Source of the DNA: Alphaproteobacteria bacterium
Lineage (GTDB): Bacteria; Pseudomonadota; Alphaproteobacteria; UBA828
DNA: 64,000 bases
Assembly: GCA_963667785.2 (NCBI GenBank)
Contig: CAXXMU010000001.1
Coordinates: forward strand, 160,001 to 224,000
Direction: 5' to 3'
Each line of letters opens with the position of its first letter. Within the stretch, counting starts at the first letter, position 1. Below are positions 29,525-37,413 of this stretch, one piece after another. Made by a program: the position numbers and the translations under genes. The notes below the pieces were generated by a model. The model ran no database searches and had not been told where the DNA came from. It was given only the letters and a program-made list of their open reading frames with translations.

Positions 29525-30499
29525 TCACGCCACCGCGTTGCGCCAGAGGTAGCCCGCGCTCTTGTAGGCGACGAGCTCCTTGACGCACTCGCTGACCTTG
29601 ACGACCGTGGAGCCCCGATTGACGCCGCGCTCCGGCGCCTCGTAGGTGCCCACCTGGAGCCCGCCCATGGCGTCGGCGGTCCAGCAGAACTTGGGCATCC
29701 GGTCGCGGGCCGTCATGCCGGGCTTCACGAAGATCGCACAGGCATGGTTGCCCCAGAGTCGGGCGAACGCGTTGGCCTGGCCGCGCTTGGCGCTCTGATA
29801 CCAGGCCATGCCGACCAGCACGCGGTCGACCTCGAAGAGCGCGGCGACCGCCTCCTTCATCACGATGCCGGAAGCCTGGTCGCCGGCGCCGGAGAGCTTG
29901 ATCGCCTCCACGATCTTCGGGTGCTGGCGGAGCGCGGTCCACACCTTCTGGCCGAACACCAGGATGTTGGGCCTCACCAGCGGCTTGTCGAGTGCCTCCA
30001 GGATCGCCTTGCGCGGGTTCGAGTTGGCTGCGTCGCTCCACTGCGCGTTGCCCGCGAGCGTGGTGGAGAGGCCGGTGCCGTAATTGGAGGCGGTCTGCAC
30101 CAGGTCGGCGACGCGCTTCTCCCGGCCGAGCCTGACGAGCTCGGCCGTGGCCTCGGACGCCAGCGCCAGCGGATCGTAAGGCACCTCCTGCACCCGCGCT
30201 TCCTCAATGTCCCGGTGCGGCACCGGGTCCTCCAGGCCGTAGTCGACGACGCTGTCGGTGGTGTCCGTCGCGCCGAACTCGACCTGGTTGAGAAGGCTCG
30301 CCCGCGACGCTTTCGTGTCCGGGATAGTGAGCAGGTCCTCCTCGCTGAGCGTGGTGTAGGTGAACTTGAAGCCGGTGCGGACGCGCGGGCAGACCTCGTC
30401 GGCGATCATGCCGGACGGCATTACCGCCTGCGCGATCTGGGTCAGCCGCGGCTGGGTGTCGAACGGCCCGCCCGCGAGGGCCTGGGTGTCAGGATCCAT
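29525..30499 (-). CDS. Major capsid protein
   Basis: 324 aa after protease and cement genes; LGREKRVADLV, RPNILVFG, LRQHPKIV. Confidence 0.85.
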   Translation of the reverse strand: MDPDTQALAGGPFDTQPRLTQIAQAVMPSGMIADEVCPRVRTGFKFTYTTLSEEDLLTIPDTKASRASLLNQVEFGATDTTDSVVDYGLEDPVPHRDIEEARVQEVPYDPLALASEATAELVRLGREKRVADLVQTASNYGTGLSTTLAGNAQWSDAANSNPRKAILEALDKPLVRPNILVFGQKVWTALRQHPKIVEAIKLSGAGDQASGIVMKEAVAALFEVDRVLVGMAWYQSAKRGQANAFARLWGNHACAIFVKPGMTARDRMPKFCWTADAMGGLQVGTYEAPERGVNRGSTVVKVSECVKELVAYKSAGYLWRNAVA

Positions 30500-30509
30500 G
30501 AGCTGCCTC

Positions 30510-30866
30510 CTACTGCGTGCCGGGTGCGAGCAGCACCTGGCCGATGTCGCCGTCGGCGCCCGCGACCTCGGCGATGCCGATGACGCGGTTGCCGGCCGCC
30601 GCCGTCACCGCCTTGCCGTTGGCGTCGGCGGTGAGCTGGGCGCCGCGGGCGACGTTGCCGCCGTACTCGACGTCGCAGATGCCCTGGCGGGCGATCTCGA
30701 CGCGCTCGCCCGAGGCTGCGGCCGAGCGGCCGGAGACGCCCACGTGGGAGTCGGCGGCGGCGGCGGACTGCACCACGGTGCCGTCCGAGGCGCCGTACTT
30801 GACGATCCGGTGCGCGGCGATCGCGCCGCCGGCGTCCTTCGCCTGCCACATCAGGACATGGCTCAT
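30510..30866 (-). CDS. Capsid cement/decoration protein (DUF2190-like)
   Basis: GERVEI...G...VEYGG.V.RGA.LTADANGKAV. Confidence 0.82.
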   Translation of the reverse strand: MSHVLMWQAKDAGGAIAAHRIVKYGASDGTVVQSAAAADSHVGVSGRSAAASGERVEIARQGICDVEYGGNVARGAQLTADANGKAVTAAAGNRVIGIAEVAGADGDIGQVLLAPGTQ

Positions 30867-32044
30867 GACGCGCCTCCCGCCCTCGCCAGGCCGCGCTTGG
30901 CGCGGACCCGGTCCACCGCGTCGACGGCGGAGAGGATCACGCCGCGATCCTTCTCCTCCGCCATCAGCGTGCGGGCCTCGGCGGCGATGGCCGCGTCGTC
31001 CTCGTCGGCGCCCTGCGCCGGCGCGGGGCCGGCGGCGAGGCGCTCGTAGACGACGCGCTTGGGCAGCGCGGCGAAGAGCCGGTCGAGGATCGCCGTCGGC
31101 TTCTCCCGGACCTCGCCGTCGCCCTCAGGCGCAGCGAAGGTCACGGCGCCGTCGTCACCGTCGGGGAGGGAGGCGAGCAGCGCGGCGAGCGCCGGGCGCT
31201 CGGCCGGCAGGATGCGGCCCGCCTGGACGTGCGGCTCGAGCAGCTGCTCGGCGTCCTGGCGCACCGCGGCTGCGGCGGCCGACGCCTCGCGCGCGGCGAG
31301 CGCGGCCTCGCGCTCGTCGAGCGATGCGGCCCTCGCGGCGAGGGCGGCGTCGTCGGGGGGCTGTGCGCCCCCATTGTTGCCGGACAATGGATCCTCCTGT
31401 CCTCGGTTGTCTGGGTCGGTTTCTGGCTCGGGCATGGGTGGGGAGGCGAAGCCGGGGCCGTCCGCCCTGGCCGCCTCTGCCGCGGCTTCCGCCGCGCGGC
31501 TGATGCTCTCGACCTGCCAGTCGGGGATGACCTGGTCGGCGACCTCCAGGCTCTCCTTCTCGATCAGCCGGTCGCGCCAGGCGCGGGCGATGCTCGCCAT
31601 CGCGCGCCAGCCGGACTGCAGGTCCCAGAGCGTCTCGTCGGCGAACGCGACCACGGTGTCGGCGGGATCGGCGAAGCTGGTCGGCGCGAGGCCCGGCACG
31701 GCCGGGGCCACGCCGCCGAGGAATCCGAGATGGCGCAGCTCGTCGCCCTTCAGCGCGATCGAGCGGCCGCTGTAGCGGCCGGCCTCGACCGCCTCGCGGA
31801 AGGGCTGCGCGATGTCGCCCAGCTTCGCCTGGAGGCGGTCGCCGACGACGCGCAGGCGCTCGACCCTGGCGTAGGCCGGGGCGTCGATGGACGGGTGGCC
31901 CACCACGACGGGCGCCGGGTCCGCGTCGGCGTAGGCGCCGGCGATCCTGCCCAGGCGCGGGCCGTCGATCTCGACCTCGCGGCCTGACATGTCCCGCCAG
32001 GTGCCGGTGCGGCAGACGTCGATCCAGCCGTCGAGTGCGCTCAT
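30863..32044 (-). CDS. Prohead protease/scaffold (Mu gp32/I-like)
   Basis: APVVVGHP, GRYSGRSI, LRHLGFLGGVAPAVPGL; helical scaffold-like C-terminus. Confidence 0.88.
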   Translation of the reverse strand: MSALDGWIDVCRTGTWRDMSGREVEIDGPRLGRIAGAYADADPAPVVVGHPSIDAPAYARVERLRVVGDRLQAKLGDIAQPFREAVEAGRYSGRSIALKGDELRHLGFLGGVAPAVPGLAPTSFADPADTVVAFADETLWDLQSGWRAMASIARAWRDRLIEKESLEVADQVIPDWQVESISRAAEAAAEAARADGPGFASPPMPEPETDPDNRGQEDPLSGNNGGAQPPDDAALAARAASLDEREAALAAREASAAAAAVRQDAEQLLEPHVQAGRILPAERPALAALLASLPDGDDGAVTFAAPEGDGEVREKPTAILDRLFAALPKRVVYERLAAGPAPAQGADEDDAAIAAEARTLMAEEKDRGVILSAVDAVDRVRAKRGLARAGGAS

Positions 32045-32051
32045 GCACCCG

Positions 32052-32101
32052 AGTCTGCCGCGCCCGGAACGAATTGTTCACGGGACCATGGTCCCGTGAA
32101 C
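32052..32101 (-). promoter_or_regulatory. Late promoter for the head/tail arm: palindrome GTTCACGGGACCATGGTCCCGTGAAC plus -10 CAGACT
   Basis: Perfect 26-bp palindrome at 32076-32101; identical 24-bp core at 45629-45652; -10-like hexamer 19 bp from the core in both copies. Confidence 0.8.
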
Positions 32102-32288
32102 TTTTGCCGCCCGGCATGCTCGAATCAGGCCCGCTGCTCCCGCCGGCGGGCTCCCTGAAGGGCCGGGCGGGGGTCGGGGTGTTGGGGACACCCCAACCGG
32201 GAGAGAGACCTCCCACGACCGCAACCGGCCGCATCGCGGCCGTCCCGCCACCCCGATCGGGGCGGGAGCATTATCGTGGGGGCGCTCC

Positions 32289-33110
32289 GTGCCGTCGACT
32301 CAGGATTCCACTCCCGGCCCGTTCCGCGACGTCGAGCCGGCGAAGCCGCTGGCGCCCTGGCTCGGCGGGAAGCGCAACCTCGCCGGGCGCATCGTGGAGC
32401 GCATCGAGGCGGTGCCGCACGAGTGCTATGCGGAGCCCTTCTGCGGCATGGGCGGGATCTTCCTGCGCCGCGGCAGGCGGCCGAAGAGCGAGATCCTCAA
32501 CGACATCGACGGCGATATCGTCAACCTCTTCCGCATCGTCCGCGAGCACCCCGACGAGCTGAACCGCCAGTTCGACTGGGCGGTCGCCTCGCGGGCCGAG
32601 TTCCGCCGCCTGCTCGAGACGCCGCCCGCGACCCTCACCGACGTCCAGCGCGCGGCCCGCTTCGCCTATCTACAGAGCCTCCGCTTCGGCGGCAGGCCGG
32701 ACAGCACCAGCACCAACTTCGGCGTCCATCACCCGAACAGGATGAGGCCGAAGCGCCTGCGGCAGCTCATTCGGGGCATGCACGAGCGGCTGGCCGGTGT
32801 CCACGTCGAGTGCCTGGAGTGGGAGGAGTTCATCCGCCGCTACGACCGGCCCTTCACCCTCTTCTACATTGACCCGCCCTACTGGGGGCACGAGGGCGAC
32901 TACGGCAAGGGCCTCTTCGCCCGCGACGACTTCGCGCGCATGGCCGAGCTGCTCGCCGGCCTCAAGGGCCGCTTCATCCTCAGCCTCAACGACCGCCCCG
33001 AGGTGCGGGAGCTCTTCGCCGACTTCGCGATCGAGGAGGTGGCCACCACCTATTCCGCGAACGCCAAGAGCGCCAAGCGGCGGGTGGGAGAGCTGCTGAT
33101 CGGAAATTGA
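32289..33110 (+). CDS. DNA adenine methyltransferase (Dam/D12 class)
   Basis: PWLGGK, YAEPFCGMG, NDID, FYIDPPYW. Confidence 0.94.
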   Translation: MPSTQDSTPGPFRDVEPAKPLAPWLGGKRNLAGRIVERIEAVPHECYAEPFCGMGGIFLRRGRRPKSEILNDIDGDIVNLFRIVREHPDELNRQFDWAVASRAEFRRLLETPPATLTDVQRAARFAYLQSLRFGGRPDSTSTNFGVHHPNRMRPKRLRQLIRGMHERLAGVHVECLEWEEFIRRYDRPFTLFYIDPPYWGHEGDYGKGLFARDDFARMAELLAGLKGRFILSLNDRPEVRELFADFAIEEVATTYSANAKSAKRRVGELLIGN

Positions 33111-33120
33111 CCGAAGAGGA

Positions 33121-34095
33121 CTATTGGTCCTCGATCTCATCAGCGCGGGCCAAGCCGGCCGATATCAGCGTCGCCCTGAGTATCCGACTTCCGCGGCGCT
33201 CTATGTTGATGTTCATCCTGAGCGGGACCTTCTCCCATTCGCCGCTTTGAAGCGCGCGTATCTGTTCGGCGGGAAGCGTGCCCCTCGGGATCAAGACCGG
33301 GAGTTCCTGGCGCGTCCTGAGGTCGCGAACCTGGACTCGGTAGCCGTCGCGGATCTTCCCGGAATCCACGGAAAGGATGATGAAGGTCGAATCGAGGCGG
33401 TCCTCCACCCGTTCTGGATGCTGTGGCCGCGCGATCTGCCTGGCGATCTCACCGTTCACAATCTCCTCGCCGCCAATCACGAGTCTGTCGTCATCTTGAA
33501 GGCGCTTCATGAATTCGCCTTGCGTCCGGTGCGTATCGTCCAAATAGGAGGCGATTGCCTCATCGCCTTCGACAAGGGCCGCAACAATCCCCAGGCGCCT
33601 CGTCTCCAGCTCACTCATCTCCACACGGTGCTCGATGTTGCGCCGCTCTGTCTCTTCGTTGATGTATGCCGCCCACATGTATGTGCCGGCGCCGATCGCG
33701 GCGACGCCCAATATGGTGATGACTGCTTGACGGCCGGTCATGTTCGCTAGCGCTGCATTGAGTCCGGGGGCCAGGTCAGACCAAAATTTCGTGGAGCCGG
33801 GCTCCAGGCGGACGATCAGCTCTGTTCGCCTGAGATCCTCATCAGACAGGCGCCGCAGCGCGACTCCATAGACGCTGCGAGAGTATGCCTTGTTGATCGT
33901 CCTTTGAAGAAGCAGCAACGCGGGCATGATCCGGGTGGGGACACCCCCATCGAAGTCCTCGCCCCGGATGGTGATCTCGTAGCGAGGCCAGTCGACGAAG
34001 CGCGGAAGCAGATCTGCCGGCCACTCCCCGTCCCGAGCTAAATCAATCGCGCGGAAAAGATCGTCTTCATTCCGGATTTCAAATAGCTCTGCCAT
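33121..34095 (-). CDS. Hypothetical accessory (moron) protein with one TM segment
   Basis: 324-aa ORF, visibly lower GC and atypical codons, co-oriented with the repressor. Confidence 0.8.
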   Translation of the reverse strand: MAELFEIRNEDDLFRAIDLARDGEWPADLLPRFVDWPRYEITIRGEDFDGGVPTRIMPALLLLQRTINKAYSRSVYGVALRRLSDEDLRRTELIVRLEPGSTKFWSDLAPGLNAALANMTGRQAVITILGVAAIGAGTYMWAAYINEETERRNIEHRVEMSELETRRLGIVAALVEGDEAIASYLDDTHRTQGEFMKRLQDDDRLVIGGEEIVNGEIARQIARPQHPERVEDRLDSTFIILSVDSGKIRDGYRVQVRDLRTRQELPVLIPRGTLPAEQIRALQSGEWEKVPLRMNINIERRGSRILRATLISAGLARADEIEDQ

Positions 34096-34308
34096 GAGAC
34101 ATGTACTCCATCCTGCTATCGATAAGCGAGCAGCGCCGGAGCCAACAAGCCATGTGCTCGGCGCTGGCGATCAATCGCACCACCCGTCTCGCGCCTCGCC
34201 GTCATAGAGTCGACCGTGCCCGGCCCCGCACCAAGGCAGGCGCAGGCGATCGCGAGTAGCGCGACAAGAGCTCGCGCGCCGCGCCCCATTCGTCCCGGAC
34301 CTTTCGCC

Positions 34309-34650
34309 TCACCAATCCACTACTGGCGGCGGGGAAATGCTGTATCGAATCGAAAGGCGCGCATTCAACGGGACTCGTTCCGCGAGCGCCTTGAATGCAT
34401 GGCCATCTACGGTTCCGTCGGCGATTCCGAGGAATTGCGCATCGGAGCCAGCCCCGTCATACAGGCGAATCCTGATATTTCCCTTATCACAGGTTGTGCT
34501 CCCCTCGAGCACAATGAAGCTGCCTTCTGGTAGCGGGGAGCGCCACCGCCAATCCTCAATCTCGCAGTCGCCGACATGATCGTCGCAGGCCAGGGCCGAG
34601 CCCAGACAAAGCGGGATGGCGGCGAGTAGCATGAATATCTTCCACACCAC
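34309..34650 (-). CDS. Small secreted protein
   Basis: Signal peptide IFMLLAAIPLCLGSALA followed by a beta-rich Cys-containing domain. Confidence 0.7.
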   Translation of the reverse strand: MVWKIFMLLAAIPLCLGSALACDDHVGDCEIEDWRWRSPLPEGSFIVLEGSTTCDKGNIRIRLYDGAGSDAQFLGIADGTVDGHAFKALAERVPLNARLSIRYSISPPPVVDW

Positions 34651-34715
34651 GGCTCTCCTAGCTTGATGAATGTCGGGGCAGCGTTCGCGCGACCCGGCGG
34701 ACCTCGCCGAGCGCC

Positions 34716-35564
34716 CTACTCGTCGTCATTGAAAACGCCGTCCAGCGCCATCTCTGATTTAATGTCCGCCATGGCTTGATCAATGCTGGCCGCCGCGCCG
34801 GTTTCTACCCGATGATTCGCAAATATCTCAAATAGCCTCTCTAAATCGGCGATCTCTTTGGCTCCGGCCAACCCCTCGCCTAGCCACGTCCCCCTCCAGA
34901 CGACCTGGCCGATCAGGGTGGCGCCGACGCTCATGCTGATTGGCTCATAGCTCTTATTGTCGCTGGTCAGTATCCACCCGCCTTCCGACTGCCTCTCCAG
35001 GCGCTTAACCAGCAGATCGCTCTCTATGCCAACCGCGAAAACCTTGCCCTGCCGTGCTTCGTTGCGACGATGGTCGACAAGAACGGTATCCCCGTCGATC
35101 AGCAGGGGCTCCATGCTGTCGCCCACGATTTCGACGGCGCTCACCAGCCCTGGCTGCAGTCCATGTCTCTGCATCCACTCGCGCCGAAACGCGAGAAGCG
35201 CCACAGGCTCCTCTTCCTGGAGCGTCGCGGCACCGTGCCCGGCAGCAAGGCGCACGGGGAGTTTAGGCACCAGGACATGCTCGGCATCGTCGCTGTCGGA
35301 ATCGTAGGGGCGAGCTTCAGCGGCGTCCGGGGCGGCGTTCCTCCCCACAACCATCCCTGTTCGCGGAGGTCCGATGTAGAATTCAAGACCCAAGGCGTCG
35401 CAGAGCCGCCGTAGCGTTTCAAATTTCGGGTCGAATCCTTTCTTGCGAAAGTTGTAGATCAGATAGGGGTTTCCAACCGCCGCGCGCGACGCGGTTGCCG
35501 GAGACAATCCCCTCTCCTCCATCCGCCGTTCGATCACGTCAAGCAAGTCAGCTGCGCTGGGCAT
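34716..35564 (-). CDS. Phage repressor, HTH + S24 autopeptidase (CI/LexA-like)
   Basis: N-terminal HTH, cleavage site LAAG, catalytic GDSMEP and VKRL; start MPSAADLL. Confidence 0.9.
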   Translation of the reverse strand: MPSAADLLDVIERRMEERGLSPATASRAAVGNPYLIYNFRKKGFDPKFETLRRLCDALGLEFYIGPPRTGMVVGRNAAPDAAEARPYDSDSDDAEHVLVPKLPVRLAAGHGAATLQEEEPVALLAFRREWMQRHGLQPGLVSAVEIVGDSMEPLLIDGDTVLVDHRRNEARQGKVFAVGIESDLLVKRLERQSEGGWILTSDNKSYEPISMSVGATLIGQVVWRGTWLGEGLAGAKEIADLERLFEIFANHRVETGAAASIDQAMADIKSEMALDGVFNDDE

Positions 35565-35565
35565 G

Positions 35566-35654
35566 TTGGCACAACTACCAATGCATCGGCCGCCCGGCAA
35601 ATTATTCTTGCATGTTGGTTCCCATACCAATATGGTCGTTGGTATGCAGGCCAA
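35566..35654. promoter_or_regulatory. Divergent switch: three TTGG-N8-CCAA operators and promoter TTGCAT-N17-TATGGT
   Basis: Operators at 35566-35581, 35615-35630, 35639-35654; -35 at 35608-35613, -10 at 35631-35636. Confidence 0.8.
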
Positions 35655-35907
35655 CGATGTCGCGCTGATCATCCGCCTCGCCCGCCTCTACGGTGCGGCC
35701 CAGGGCTACTCTCTGAGCACGGTTAGCCTGCGAATTGCGGGCCAGGGCAGCCTCTTCGGTCGCTTGGAGGGCGGTAACGCCGATCTCACGATCGGCCGCC
35801 GCGATCGGATCCTCCAGAAGTTCTCCGACCACTGGCCTGAGGGCGCCGACTGGCCCGCCGACATCCCGCGCCCCGCGCCCTCGCCCGAGCGAGAGAACGC
35901 CGCGTGA
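35644..35907 (+). CDS. Cro/Ner-like small regulator
   Basis: SLSTVSLR...LFGRL...FSDHWP..DWPADIPRP, divergent from the repressor. Confidence 0.8.
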   Translation: MQANDVALIIRLARLYGAAQGYSLSTVSLRIAGQGSLFGRLEGGNADLTIGRRDRILQKFSDHWPEGADWPADIPRPAPSPERENAA

Positions 35908-36305
35908 TGCTGACGCGCCGTCGCTTCTTTGCGCTCTTCGCGGCCGCGCCCGTGGCGCTGATCACGGCGCCCACGGCGGCGGCGCATCGCCCGGCGCCCA
36001 TTCGGGGAGCCACCGCGTTCAGGGTGATGTTCGACGAGATCGGCGACGTCATTCGTCGTCGGCCTGCCTGCCCCAGGGTCGTCGAGGTAATCCGGCAGGA
36101 AGTGGATCGGGCGATCTCGGCCGGGTCCGGCTTCCGGGAATTCAGGCTCCGGACGGAGCCGCGGCTCGGGCGCCTGCCGTGTCTCCCAGGGCGCTGCATA
36201 TGGTGCGATCCCCTGCCGCCGGGTGGCCCATGGCGCGGGCTGAGCGAATTCACCGCAGAAGAGCGGGCGGTCATGGCCGCCAGGACGGTAGATGCCGATC
36301 GCTAG
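35904..36305 (+). CDS. Hypothetical protein with Tat-like signal and gpF-like segment
   Basis: TRRRFF followed by a hydrophobic stretch; internal IRQEVDRAI...EPRL. Confidence 0.55.
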   Translation: MMLTRRRFFALFAAAPVALITAPTAAAHRPAPIRGATAFRVMFDEIGDVIRRRPACPRVVEVIRQEVDRAISAGSGFREFRLRTEPRLGRLPCLPGRCIWCDPLPPGGPWRGLSEFTAEERAVMAARTVDADR

Positions 36306-36519
36306 CGCGCTGCCCGAAGTGCGCCGCCACGGGGTCCATCAGGGCCTCGTAGGCCACCGCCGCGCCCTCGTGACCTTCGGCGCGGAGCCCGTTGTGCCCG
36401 CGCCTCATGCGCTCGAACAGCTCCTTCGCGGGAAGCGTGTTCGTTTCGCACAGGGCGCCCGCCAGGTCCTGCAGCGCCTGGCCGAGCGCCATGATGCAGT
36501 CGTCCGTGGGGTAATTCAT
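36271..36519 (-). CDS. Small hypothetical protein antisense to the early operon
   Basis: MNYPTDDC... with a GGAGGGG RBS. Confidence 0.55.
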   Translation of the reverse strand: MNYPTDDCIMALGQALQDLAGALCETNTLPAKELFERMRRGHNGLRAEGHEGAAVAYEALMDPVAAHFGQRASDRHLPSWRP

Positions 36520-36654
36520 TTCTTCCCCTCCATCTGTGATGTCGGATTCCCGATGGTAGGGGAGGCGCGGCCCGGCGTCATGCAGGCGCCGGGCCGCATC
36601 GCCCCGATCCCCCTCCCTGCTGGGGGGGGCAGTGAGTGACGCGGGGCGCGCCGC

Positions 36655-37413
36655 GTGAGCGGGCCGGGCGATCTCCGCGTGGTGGAGCCCGGCGCGGCCG
36701 ACGCGCCGGCCCCGGCGGATCGCGAGGCGTGGGTCGCCGCCGGCCGGGCCTTCGGCCAGAGCCGCTCGGACGCCTCCTGGGAATTCGCCGACTGGCTCGC
36801 GGCTGGCGTCGAGAGCTTCGGCAAGCAGGCGCTGGAGCAGGCTGCCGCAACCACCGGCGCGTCCCGGACAAAAATTTCCCACTATCTAAGAGTTGCAACG
36901 GCTTACCCAATTGTGCGCCGGCGCACACCCCTTGGATTTTCCCACCACCTGGAGGTTGCGCGCCTCCCCGAGGCCGAGGCCGACCGCCTGCTGGACCAGG
37001 CCGAGGCCGAGGGCTGGAGCCGCGCCACGCTGCGCGAGGTCGTGCGCGAGGGACGCGAAGCGGAGACCGATCGCCTGCGCGCGGAGAACCGCCGCCTGCG
37101 CGCCCAGGTCGAGCTGCTGAGAAGCGGCCCGGAGGCGCGGGAGAAGGCCAACATGGAGGGCCAGCGCCTCCGCGAGGACCTCGGCGCGGACATTCGGGCG
37201 TACCTCACGGCGGGCCGGCGGATTGCCGAGCGCCTCGAGGCGGCGGCGGAGTCGCCGCTGCTCGTGCACCTGCACGGCAACGCGAGGCCGGCGCTGGTGA
37301 AATGGATTCGCAAGGCGCTGAAGGACGCCGGCGCGAAGCAGGCGGAGATCGCGACGGCGCGCACGCTGCGGGCCGTGGCGCGCCTGGCCGGCGAGAAGGC
37401 TGCGGAGGAATGA
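36655..37413 (+). CDS. LmbU-like DNA-binding protein
   Basis: WEFADWL..G, YLRVATAYP..RRR..LGFSHHLEVARL, AEAEGWS..LR. Confidence 0.7.
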   Translation: MSGPGDLRVVEPGAADAPAPADREAWVAAGRAFGQSRSDASWEFADWLAAGVESFGKQALEQAAATTGASRTKISHYLRVATAYPIVRRRTPLGFSHHLEVARLPEAEADRLLDQAEAEGWSRATLREVVREGREAETDRLRAENRRLRAQVELLRSGPEAREKANMEGQRLREDLGADIRAYLTAGRRIAERLEAAAESPLLVHLHGNARPALVKWIRKALKDAGAKQAEIATARTLRAVARLAGEKAAEE

